From IMG/VR virus record IMGVR_UViG_3300022902_000970, positions 1-60,305 of that record: 60,305 bases of DNA, one strand, 5' to 3'. This stretch comes from a virus. Lineage: Duplodnaviria > Caudoviricetes. Under the pieces are notes generated by a model that was not told where the DNA came from, ran no database searches, and was given only the letters and a program-made list of their open reading frames with translations. Position 1 is the stretch's first letter. Each line of letters opens with the position of its first letter. Of this stretch, positions 21,501 to 29,600 are shown piece by piece. Position numbers and translations under genes: made by a program.

Positions 21501-22851
21501 CCAAGAAAGGTCGGCTCTTTTATCCGAAGCTGAAGTTAACTTTGAAACAGACATTGATGATTCTAGCAGATCTTATGAAATGTATACTGATCCTAAAAAA
21601 TGGTTGGAGAACGCTGCATTTATTAGACAACAACTTTTAAATAAGGTGAATAAGGAAAAAAATGATAATGTCATTACTGGTGATTATAAGAAATACTTTG
21701 GATCGTTGAAATACGGTGTTAGGGTTTCCTACATTTTCCCTAATTTTGAAAATATTAATGTTCCTCCCGGTCTTCAACATAAATTACAATCCATACTTCC
21801 AAATCCGGCTGATGATAAAGCGCGTCTGGGGGAGATAAAAGATAATCTTAATAATTTATTTAGGGAACCCACCCACAGCCGCAACATTTTTCACAAAGCT
21901 TTTAAATTAGAAGAAAAATCAGTATCCAACACAAGTGTCCAAACAACTAAAATTAATTTGCTCCCCTTGGTCACTTACGAAGAGGATATAAATAACTTTT
22001 TCTACCCACCAGATGAACAAACAGGACCCACAATTATAGAAGGGATGTCGGTTCCTATTGAGAATATATCTATTTCAGATGAAAAAAAGTTTCCTTTTAA
22101 TGATCTTAAAAGCTCCTTGATGGAAACCCTTGAATATAAAGAAATATTTTCTGAATGTATGTATTACGGCGAATTAATCAATTGTATGGGATTATACAGC
22201 AGTCTTGTAACTTTAAAAGACTTTTACAACGCATCCGATACAGGAATGTTCTCTGGTACAAAAATTAATTTAAAAAACATAATTGAAGGGGTAAAAGAAA
22301 AAAAAGATTTCAGAGAAATATCAGCCGATACTTCTCCGCTGGACAAGATGAAAAATAATTTCCTTTCATTGTCAAATGCAGCAGACAACCCAAGACCGGG
22401 AGGAAGCAATCCCCCTAGTAAGACAGGATATGCTGCTGTCTTTGCAGCAAAAACGGCATTAAAAATATTGAAAGGGGTCGTCGAGACGACGGACCCAGCC
22501 ATCATCCAGGGTAAAAAAATTCAATCTGTTTTAGTTGGAGCCATCAAAGCGTCCAAAGACATCTCAGAGACATTAGCACAAGTAACGGGAAATGAAGTTC
22601 CTTCTAATAACTCAGACAGTTTTAGTCAAACTGAAAAAACTCTTGTCAATGATGCCATGCTCGGTCCCATTGTATTTATAGGGGTGCGACCATTCCCTCC
22701 TATCCCTTTCCCAGTAGGAAACCCTGTTTTTCCTTTGACAGCCGCCGGTGCCACTTATCTAGCTTTGACAACTGCCATGTCTTTGGGCGAAGGCACCGGA
22801 GACAAGAAATCTAATGCAGAGGAAGATGAAGCTTATTGCGTAGAAGAATAG
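15541..22851 (+). CDS. Giant hypothetical protein (2436 aa), probable virion component
   Basis: Uninterrupted ORF between the spike-like gene and gp25; largely helical and acidic; no recognisable motif. Confidence 0.75.
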   Translation: MAELVDFIGKRTDYTTGEAGDNHYVFNIRFRDTAEPVVNASNTLNYWFAQESENPKAPFHLKNYTLVSWDGIRYFLNNSENRWIGKIKVLDKNKDYARQPDDPDAERDFSGGWSKIEDIPDFDKQNNVYADTASDPTVIPDAKILRTTGKPTREGEYWIDLSKILTVGSSDFQDQNSFVVKDVVLSNPTDIENLPKDTAWRSSPDNTMYDDTLYYYVHINSYKNKIPSEKLEELKNINRQCIINAIAVLADKQQRNIALSKAEKIADYLMKEQRSEVIKENVSNRPNSFYKALVRIPKAYIDPYEIVPKVVSTHVGVFRSWKVLEESYKKVVEYFRKLTPLVKENTVRLDMEQEIKFLKKVWVNLESIKNDPVYSELRFFGDNAAGKYHKINESTIIKFGFNRRNNFSLEQIEAVNLMDGSGNASISERIFRGMIDLNKTGVKNNSTFKRARTMLYLMNLDLMAQDIDNKAFGGKNKWIDFLFKYTYKMPDFQPSNTTFDQINFQNNEVASFLNKIDRKLDGPKTLFSNNKIMREISPDIRGLASDAKKSLYSKIEDPTLQKIFQTIDGINSLESLYTDVLNKVPLDKLLEMGRQVADPIAKQQMFIKKSSQLKSQARLAEGRLEDMRGKKSLRKVEIKSPTEKAITDLTGQQPDMIMKAIEEIFVETFCNQLKHIINTIRRLMFSPDTIQHTKDFGELKIQNTVKDNQDEIIKNILNSLPEGKNLDILDVRKILLIVSENCTAAEIVALAEGEAQLAILEILGYLIGYEFPILAARLDSVYDVEEFLALILKPLKSQLIEAAAKLQFDKKEEETKATYCAPDYQEITNHLLDRFPTDLAEAALNGEKESKGNFLSLLNEMDTALNQDINKFIFGDKLDAILNRIMTEDQSSSYLTNMVIESFFSPFIRNFSIEGLNISTFFLEPQLVDKDVSDNFSRTVAPPEITSRISEMIAKRDALTLERDSLDRGDHKAKRKKLKEQINDIDSFLESTTKSKKVVLGLKNRIEFLKQAFAEGVGTWERTSTNPVTYILIVPQTEEDTAGTSSFVELKIYPMEEVYQIDPDKPLAYDSSWKTSGNLQAKDSVKIELKAVIADEVVINNSSVISTKDLSIYDFISNDDAGYTIQASAFSNIIKEQIKDYFPDYIVTDGLGEEDTLDIGNAQRLQQVINDFKSYLFDLLNQQLLKLVSKEASRSSFFKESVLSQLRIASLPGDINASPPPICGDAYSEEVVPPGDRTLFPDLFDLEDIVENIKLRKTYFDILTTSGLSPLISTRSPLDNAIIFESIDLLLQITCLEFLMSGIFIYGEISLDTLLKDKNNFKILQDALDFSLENLGDDFEVVFYDILEEYAHIRQDGPLEASVMRPMPVFFSSESSQIDDVVKFFLTEALEDIFPIFQRIIQTFSSTDKLSPNELLDLVPIMDVAPQTITDNVRFDFSNEKTKDVYDYGGIVVEKYIKAIYTPPVGLENKSWYHPAHSALYKMLIIDPQTPSSYFQDESGQWIRKQGSAEEVARNTTIEKWLSDTNEKVNLNQEQRADSLGNIGVSRESEKKAERLKNWLEVYHSEGLSGIENLDIPGYEDFVVELNSFDYSSLKNNEVFPVGTKTGVVNLKSFKHLQQQIIDYNEPFLAAMQDKLTLLNESSTFKNNFLAIEETRNGYIMELDALGIELDKYLLDYLNTFRDGGANKGKDYIVQDSTFRFDAEPSMDATPHIFSDQIIFEWVSGKSPYYHELTKILGGGPVQKNAEEWWGLEYPGYELAQKYWMAVLAITGIHHNSYLENLFDEDAAKTAFESNMQDYLAGDKWMAENSPYLFGYTAKLKQFFFLNPLFGKLISTLVGGSFYSDISGFSSATQAAANGDESWVPYHLDSSLLTTPIPTPGSRGTENEVALLNEGHKAIMRGVGLQSYYDGLVKYYENRVDPYWRQWKEQIQGLLNPPEKALEKFNHWDTQRKITEKRIEWFEKNMEAMKATYENFLLKQEEVLKSTQERSALLSEAEVNFETDIDDSSRSYEMYTDPKKWLENAAFIRQQLLNKVNKEKNDNVITGDYKKYFGSLKYGVRVSYIFPNFENINVPPGLQHKLQSILPNPADDKARLGEIKDNLNNLFREPTHSRNIFHKAFKLEEKSVSNTSVQTTKINLLPLVTYEEDINNFFYPPDEQTGPTIIEGMSVPIENISISDEKKFPFNDLKSSLMETLEYKEIFSECMYYGELINCMGLYSSLVTLKDFYNASDTGMFSGTKINLKNIIEGVKEKKDFREISADTSPLDKMKNNFLSLSNAADNPRPGGSNPPSKTGYAAVFAAKTALKILKGVVETTDPAIIQGKKIQSVLVGAIKASKDISETLAQVTGNEVPSNNSDSFSQTEKTLVNDAMLGPIVFIGVRPFPPIPFPVGNPVFPLTAAGATYLALTTAMSLGEGTGDKKSNAEEDEAYCVEE

Positions 22852-22887
22852 GTTTAAGAAGTAATGAGGGTAATATTTTTTATAAAT

Positions 22888-22896
22888 CTAATTAGT
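22888..22896 (+). promoter_or_regulatory. Candidate phage late promoter variant CTAATTAGT
   Basis: Intergenic before gp25; a similar CTAATTATT lies at 23279 before gp6. Confidence 0.4.
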
Positions 22897-22912
22897 TAGT
22901 AGAGGAAACATC

Positions 22913-23293
22913 ATGGGCAACAAAGGTTATTCTCCGTCATTACCATTAACATCTTTTCCCATTCATTATAAGATGCTTAATAATATTGGAGACAATATTA
23001 AACAAAACTTAAAAAATCTTATTTTAACTATTCCAGGAGAAAGAGTAATGATGCCTGAATTTGGAGTAGGGTTAAAACAGTTTATCTTTGAACATGCTAA
23101 ACAAGAAGTAGCAGCTGAAATAGATGGAGCTATTAGGGATGCAGTGGAAAAATATATGCCTTTTGTGCAAATAATAGATATTGACTTCCCTTTGGCGAAT
23201 AATGGACAATTTTTAGATGAAGAAAATCTTTTTATTGTATTATCTTATGCAGTACCTCCTCTGAATTTACAAGATAATCTAATTATTACATAA
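22913..23293 (+). CDS. Baseplate wedge protein, T4 gp25/P2 gpW-like
   Basis: IKQNLKNLILTIPGERVMMPEFGVGL...I..AVEKYMPFV. Confidence 0.92.
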   Translation: MGNKGYSPSLPLTSFPIHYKMLNNIGDNIKQNLKNLILTIPGERVMMPEFGVGLKQFIFEHAKQEVAAEIDGAIRDAVEKYMPFVQIIDIDFPLANNGQFLDEENLFIVLSYAVPPLNLQDNLIIT

Positions 23294-23306
23294 TGGAAAG
23301 ACAAAG

Positions 23307-25109
23307 ATGGTAAAAAAATTCACCCCCCCTATTGATTATACAGCGAGAGACTTTGATTCTATTAAATCTTCGTTAATAGAATATGCTAAAAGATATTACC
23401 CAAACACTGCTACAGATTTTAATGATGCTTCTTTTGGAGCACTGATGGTTGATATGGTGTCTTACGTAGGAGATGTTTTATCTTTTTATCTAGATTATCA
23501 AGCATCCGAATCTTTTTTAGATTCCGCAATTGAGTTAAAAAATGTAATACGTTTAGCTAAACAATTAGGATATAAATATGACTCTGAAGTCACTGCCTAC
23601 GGTATAGTTTCTTTGTATATTCAAGTTCCTGCCAATCCTTCAGGACTCGGACCCGATACGCGATATTTACCAGTCCTTCGAGAAGGAACTAGAGCTTCTT
23701 CTACATCTCGCGTACCTTTTATTTTATCGCAGGACGTGGATTTTAATTCAGCCGACGCGCAGGTTTTAGTAGCGCAAGCGGATGAGACAACCGGCAATCC
23801 TTTATCTTATGGTGTTAAAATGTATGGAGAAGTAGTATCCGGCGACATTGGAACTTACACATTTCCTCTTGGAACTGATGTTGCCTTCCCAAAGGTTTTC
23901 TTAAACACCCCTTCAGTTGCAGAGATTTTATCGGTGTTTGACGGCGAAGGTCATGAATATTATGAAGTAGAATATCTCTCACAAGATATAATATATAAAA
24001 GCTTGCCAAATCGCGGTGCCGACAAAGACACTGTTCCGTCTATTTTAAAAACTGTTGCGGTGCCTCGTCGTTTTGTTTTAGATAAAACTCCTGAAGGATC
24101 TTTTTTACAATTTGGTGGAGGCTCCACTTCAGACGCTATTATTAAAAATGATGATATCCTTAATCCTAACAATATAGCTCTTAAGATGCATGGAAAAAGT
24201 TATATTAGTGCTACTTCTTTTGATCCTTATAAATTAACTAAAAACAACAGCCTGGGTGTTGCGCCCTCTAACACAACTATCACAGTTACTTATCGCTCGA
24301 ACCTAACTGGATTAATTAACTTGGGTGTGGGTGAGCTATCCAGCATAGATGTGGCTTTAATGCTGTTTGAGGAGGAAAACTCTCTCACACCAGGAACAAT
24401 GCTGACTGTGAAGAACAGCTTAGAAGTAACCAACGAAGCTCCTGTTGCTGGAGATGTACAATTTCCAACTCTTGATGAAGTTAAGATTCGCGCCCAAAAC
24501 GCTTATTCTACTCAAAACCGAGCGGTAACCGTAGATGATTACAAAAGCTTGGTATACAGGATGCCTCCTAAGTTTGGCAAGATAAAAAAATGTAGAATTA
24601 TGCAGGATAAAGACTCTTTTAAACCCAATATGAACTTATACACTATCGGTGTCGGATTAGAAAACACTTTACAACCTTTAAATAATAAAATTAAAGTAAA
24701 CTTAAAAAATTGGCTTTCTAACTATAAAATGATAAATGATACGTTGGATATTTTAGATGCAAATATTGTAAATTTTGGCATAAAATATAAAGTTATAGGA
24801 GAAACTAATATTAATAAATTTGATTTAATGCAAGACATCTCTGTAGCGCTTGAAAATCACTTCAGCAATCCGCCGGAAATTGGCGAGCCTTTTTATATTA
24901 CAGATGTTTACAATGTTATCAATGTGTTAGACAATGTAGTGGACACAGTAGATGTAGATGTTTTTATTCAAAATGGCGCCCTATATTCTGACTACAGTAT
25001 TAATCTAACGGAAGCTATATCTCCTGATGGAAGGTTTATTAAACTACCGCAAGACGCTATATACGAAATAAAATTTATAGAAGATGATATTCAAGGTAAG
25101 ATTGTATAA
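23307..25109 (+). CDS. Baseplate wedge protein, T4 gp6/P2 gpJ-like
   Basis: DYTARDFDSIK, DFNDASFG, SYVGDVLSFYLD, LAKQLGY, LQFGGG, QNRAVTVDDY. Confidence 0.92.
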   Translation: MVKKFTPPIDYTARDFDSIKSSLIEYAKRYYPNTATDFNDASFGALMVDMVSYVGDVLSFYLDYQASESFLDSAIELKNVIRLAKQLGYKYDSEVTAYGIVSLYIQVPANPSGLGPDTRYLPVLREGTRASSTSRVPFILSQDVDFNSADAQVLVAQADETTGNPLSYGVKMYGEVVSGDIGTYTFPLGTDVAFPKVFLNTPSVAEILSVFDGEGHEYYEVEYLSQDIIYKSLPNRGADKDTVPSILKTVAVPRRFVLDKTPEGSFLQFGGGSTSDAIIKNDDILNPNNIALKMHGKSYISATSFDPYKLTKNNSLGVAPSNTTITVTYRSNLTGLINLGVGELSSIDVALMLFEEENSLTPGTMLTVKNSLEVTNEAPVAGDVQFPTLDEVKIRAQNAYSTQNRAVTVDDYKSLVYRMPPKFGKIKKCRIMQDKDSFKPNMNLYTIGVGLENTLQPLNNKIKVNLKNWLSNYKMINDTLDILDANIVNFGIKYKVIGETNINKFDLMQDISVALENHFSNPPEIGEPFYITDVYNVINVLDNVVDTVDVDVFIQNGALYSDYSINLTEAISPDGRFIKLPQDAIYEIKFIEDDIQGKIV

Positions 25110-26641
25110 TGGCTATTAAACGATATTCTGCAATTAAAGATACCACAATTTCCAATGCTTACAGATCTAATTTAAGTGGCACCGCCACCGGATCTAATAT
25201 GGGCTCGGCAGACGCTTTAGAAGTTTTTTCCATATATGGTCAGATATCTAATAGCTCTGGCTTTTCCAGGGAACAGTCTCGTATTCTAATACAGTTCCCT
25301 GCCACCGGAACTACAAGCATTAAATCGGATCGAAATGCTGGAACTATTCCTGCCTCGGGAAACGTATCGTTTTATTTAAATTTGTACAATGCTGTAACTC
25401 CAAACACAGTTCCAAAGAAGTTTAAATTAAACTTATATGCCATTGACGCAGGTTGGGACGAAGGTTTTGGTTTGGACATGGAGGAGTATAAAAACATTGG
25501 AGTTGCCAACTGGGATCAACGAGCCGCCAATGCTGATTGGTCTTATACAGGAGGCTCTTACATCACTACTTCTTCGATGACAGATGGCGGAGCGTATGCA
25601 TTTTTTGAAGACGGAACAGAAGATCTATCGGTAGATGTTACTCCGTATGTAGAGTCGTGGATCAAAGGAGACGCTGGCAGCGGCTTTGATAATTTTGGAT
25701 TTTTAGTTGCCTTTACTCCTACTGAAGAAAGCGCTTCTCGATCCTATTATGATAAAAAATTCTTTGCTAGAAGTAGCGAGTATTTCTTTAAGCGACCCAA
25801 TATCGAAGCAAGGTGGAATAACTCTAACACTGATGACCGAGGCAAGTTTTATCTTTCCAGTACCTTGGCACCAGCCTCAGATAATATCAACACTCTATAT
25901 CTGTATAATTATGTTAGAGGTCAACTGCAAGATATTCCTGGTCTCGGGAGTGATAAATATATTTATGTGAGCTTATTTTCTGGCTCTATTCTCAACACAA
26001 TTCCTACTGGCGCTGCATTGGAACTTTCAGCTGACGACGCCGGTCGGGTCAGGGCGGATTATAACACTGTAGTAACCGGCGGTATCTCCTCAACAGGCAT
26101 ATATACAGCTTCTTTCGCATTTACAGGGTCTTCTTCGTTGACTGATGTCTTCGACGTCTGGTTCACAGGAAGTCATACTCACGGTCTCGCTACGACCGCA
26201 ACTAATCAATTCCATACGGGTAATGTTTCAGTTAAACAATTAGATGCGTCAAATGTCAATCCTACTCCTCAATATGTTACAAAAATTACTAATTTAAAGC
26301 CATCTTATACTAGAGACGAAGAACCAAAGATGCGAGTATATACAAGAAAAAAAGACTGGTCTCCAAACATATACACTGTTGCAAACTCCGATATTCAGAC
26401 TGACAATGTAGAAAAATCTTATTACAGAGTTATAAGAACTATAGATAATTTAGAAGTCATCTCTTATGGTACGGGAAGCGATCAACAGACCAAATTATCA
26501 TACGATGTAAGCGGAAATTATTTTAACCTGGATATGAATCTTTTAGAAAGCGGCTACATGTATGATTTAAAATTTGCTTACTATCTGAACGGCGCGTATA
26601 AAGAACAACCAGAGAGTTTTAAGTTTAGAGTGGAGGATTAA
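25109..26641 (+). CDS. Virion structural protein (DNRLRE-like beta-sandwich N-terminus)
   Basis: 'KDTTISN...SNMG...SRILIQF...YLNLYNA...WDEG.G...NW...W...GG...DVTPYVESWI...NFGFLV...P.IEARW' pattern; baseplate context. Confidence 0.65.
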   Translation: MAIKRYSAIKDTTISNAYRSNLSGTATGSNMGSADALEVFSIYGQISNSSGFSREQSRILIQFPATGTTSIKSDRNAGTIPASGNVSFYLNLYNAVTPNTVPKKFKLNLYAIDAGWDEGFGLDMEEYKNIGVANWDQRAANADWSYTGGSYITTSSMTDGGAYAFFEDGTEDLSVDVTPYVESWIKGDAGSGFDNFGFLVAFTPTEESASRSYYDKKFFARSSEYFFKRPNIEARWNNSNTDDRGKFYLSSTLAPASDNINTLYLYNYVRGQLQDIPGLGSDKYIYVSLFSGSILNTIPTGAALELSADDAGRVRADYNTVVTGGISSTGIYTASFAFTGSSSLTDVFDVWFTGSHTHGLATTATNQFHTGNVSVKQLDASNVNPTPQYVTKITNLKPSYTRDEEPKMRVYTRKKDWSPNIYTVANSDIQTDNVEKSYYRVIRTIDNLEVISYGTGSDQQTKLSYDVSGNYFNLDMNLLESGYMYDLKFAYYLNGAYKEQPESFKFRVED

Positions 26642-26643
26642 AA

Positions 26644-29600
26644 ATGTCTCTAAAGGACTTATTTAAAGACATTGAAAGAATCGGAACAACCACCACCGCT
26701 TCAGCACCCGATGTTCCTGTTATTAAAGACGAAATAGAATCGGTTAGTTTTGCGCGTCAGGTTCAAGAAAGACAAAAATCGTTTGTTCCTCATGTGGATT
26801 TCACGCAAGCTAAGAACTTTGCTAAATACGGTTCCGCAGAAGAATATTATGCAAAAGGTATTGAATATATTTATTCATACTACCCTTATGACGGCTCGCT
26901 AAAAGAAAAAGAAGAGTGGTATAATGATGTTACTTATTTAGAACAATATGTATTTGATCATGAATATCCTCGCACAAATGGATATGTGATTTTATCCGCT
27001 GACGGTTGGGGGACAAGCACGATAACCGATGGTTATGGTCTTCCCTCGTCACTAGAGTACATACAAGTTAAAAGTGGACCTCATGAAAAAAACATATGGG
27101 ATGCAAGCAAAGACAGAGAAGAAAATTTAAAATTCGCTCTTACCGGAGGTCTTACAGTAGAGTTTTGGCTAAACAAGACTGAGTTTGTAACTACAGAGAC
27201 CAAGAAAGAAGTTATTTTTGATTTATGGAACGGGAAACACTTTAATGATACTGAGTATGGTAGATTTAGAATAGAACTCTCGGGAACATCTCCAGGCGCA
27301 GCCTTCCGACTTACTGCTTTATCAGGCACAAGTGGTTTTCACGATGCACCAATTGGAGAAGTAGTTACACCGTCCGTAGTTTCTAACGGGGATTGGTCAC
27401 ACTATGCTTTTTCTCTGCACAATACAGGTTCCACCGTCTTGGTAGAAATGTATAAAGACGGCGTATTTATAGAATCAGCCGCAACTGGAAGCGTCGTCGG
27501 TCATGTCACCGGTACTATGATTGCTAATATAGGGGCTTTGCGCACTGCTACTTTAAATACTTCTGCCGCCACGGGTTCGGGTAAGCTTTCGGGCTCCCTG
27601 GATGAATTTAGATTTTGGAAGTCACGGCGCACCGCCAGAGATATTGGAAGATATTATATTTCTCAAGTCGGCGGAGGGACAAACACTGACGACGCTAATA
27701 CAGAATTGGGGCTATACTATAAATTCAACGAAGGCATCGTAGGTGACAGTACTTATGACCGAACAGTACTCGACTACTCGGGTCGTCTTAGCAACGGCGT
27801 CTGGACGGGATATACTCCTAATTCTCGTAACACAGGTTCAGCTATGGTTCTATCAGGAGAAACTACTTTCGAGTTTAAAGATCCTATAATTTATTCTACG
27901 AACCCTTCAGTCGTAGCTCTTTTAAATTCAAAAAAAGAACTGGGAGAGAGATATGATATTAATAATCCCGCAAATATGTACAACAGTTTTCCTTCTTGGA
28001 TTATAGACGAAGATAGCGACGCAGGCAGCGAACTAAAGAATCTAACTCAAATCATGTCTAGTTATCTCGACGAACTATACCTCCAAATAGAAAATGTACC
28101 CGCAATCAAAGATAGAGAATATCCTTCGGGTAGTTTATTAACTGGAAGTTTTAAGCCTTATCCTTTTTCTAAACAATTACTTACTAGTCACGGATTTAAT
28201 ACGCCAGAATTATTTGTTGACACCAGCGTTATAGAACAGTTTTTGTCCCGCAACGAAAAAATTAAATATGAAGAAAAAATCTATAATACAAAAAACCTTA
28301 TTTATCACAACATTTATAATAATTTATTAAATATCTTTAAATCTAAAGGAACAGAAAAGTCCATCCGTAATTTGATCAGAGCATACGGAGCCAATGAAGA
28401 TATAGTGGCAATTAATGTTTACGGACACAACGAGCCATTTGAATTAAGAAAAAATGTTGAACAAAGAACTTTTAGAAATAAAGTTATAGATTTTAATCAA
28501 AGTGATAGAAATGTAGCAACTATTTTTCAATATCAAACAGGCTCGGGCACAACCTCTTATATTTCTGGCTCTAGGTTAAATGACCTTACAGTACCAAACA
28601 CTGTTGAATGTGAAGTATTTTTCCCAAAAAAAGCACAACAGGGTCTCTCTAGCTACTATTATTATCCTACAATTACGTCCTCGTTATTCGGTCAGCATAC
28701 TGTTAATTTAGGTGCAGGCGATATTAATGTTTTGCAGTGGGCAGATAATGATGATGCTTCTTTCCAAGTATATGCTGTCAGGGATGTAATTGACTCAACG
28801 AGAGCTAAATTTGTTGTTACTGGTGCTGCTTTTGCTCCTTTAACAACTAGTTTCTATTCCCATGTTTATGAAAATTCTAAATGGAACTTTGCTGTTAGAT
28901 TAAAACCTTCCCGTGAGTTTGGAGATTTAGTATACCACGGTTCTAACACCAGTTATTATTTAGAATTTTATGGAGTTCATGAATCAATGGGCGCCATCGA
29001 ACATGAGTTTTTTCTTACAAGCAGTCTTTCTGCTACCGAAGGAGAAGCATGGTCTAACGCACCCAAGCGCCTTTACGCCGGCGCCCACAGAACAAATTTT
29101 ACAGGTAGTTTGCTTGAACATACTGATGTGAAAATAGCTAATGTGCGCTTTTGGTTGTCCTACTTAAACAACGAAGTTATTCAAGACCACGCCAAGAGTT
29201 ATGAAACATATGGACCAGCGCAGCCATTAAACGATGAAGGTTTTACACATGTAAATCTCGATAATACAGAAATTCCTTCTTTAGAAACTTTAGCATTAAA
29301 TTGGAATTTCCGAAATGTTTCTTCATCCGCTGACGCTAGTGGTCGTCTGTTTATCGACGATTTTTCATCTGGTTCATCTGAAATGGCTAGTCGATATTCT
29401 TGGGTTGGAGATATTACCAAACAATTGTACTCAGGGAGAGCCGACTTCTTTTTAGCTAATGAACCTAAAGCCTCGGATATCGAATTCACATTTTCTACTA
29501 GAAATAGATTACCCGAAACTTTTATTAGTTCCGATATGATTTCTATTGGTGAAGACGCAGATAAAATTTTCACCTTAGATAGCCGACCAGTTCATTATTA

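Noticed and set aside
22881-22888. TATAAATC as a canonical T4 late promoter (TATAAATA)
   Set aside because: Single imperfect intergenic instance; the recurring upstream motif in this window is CTA[T/C/A]TTA instead.
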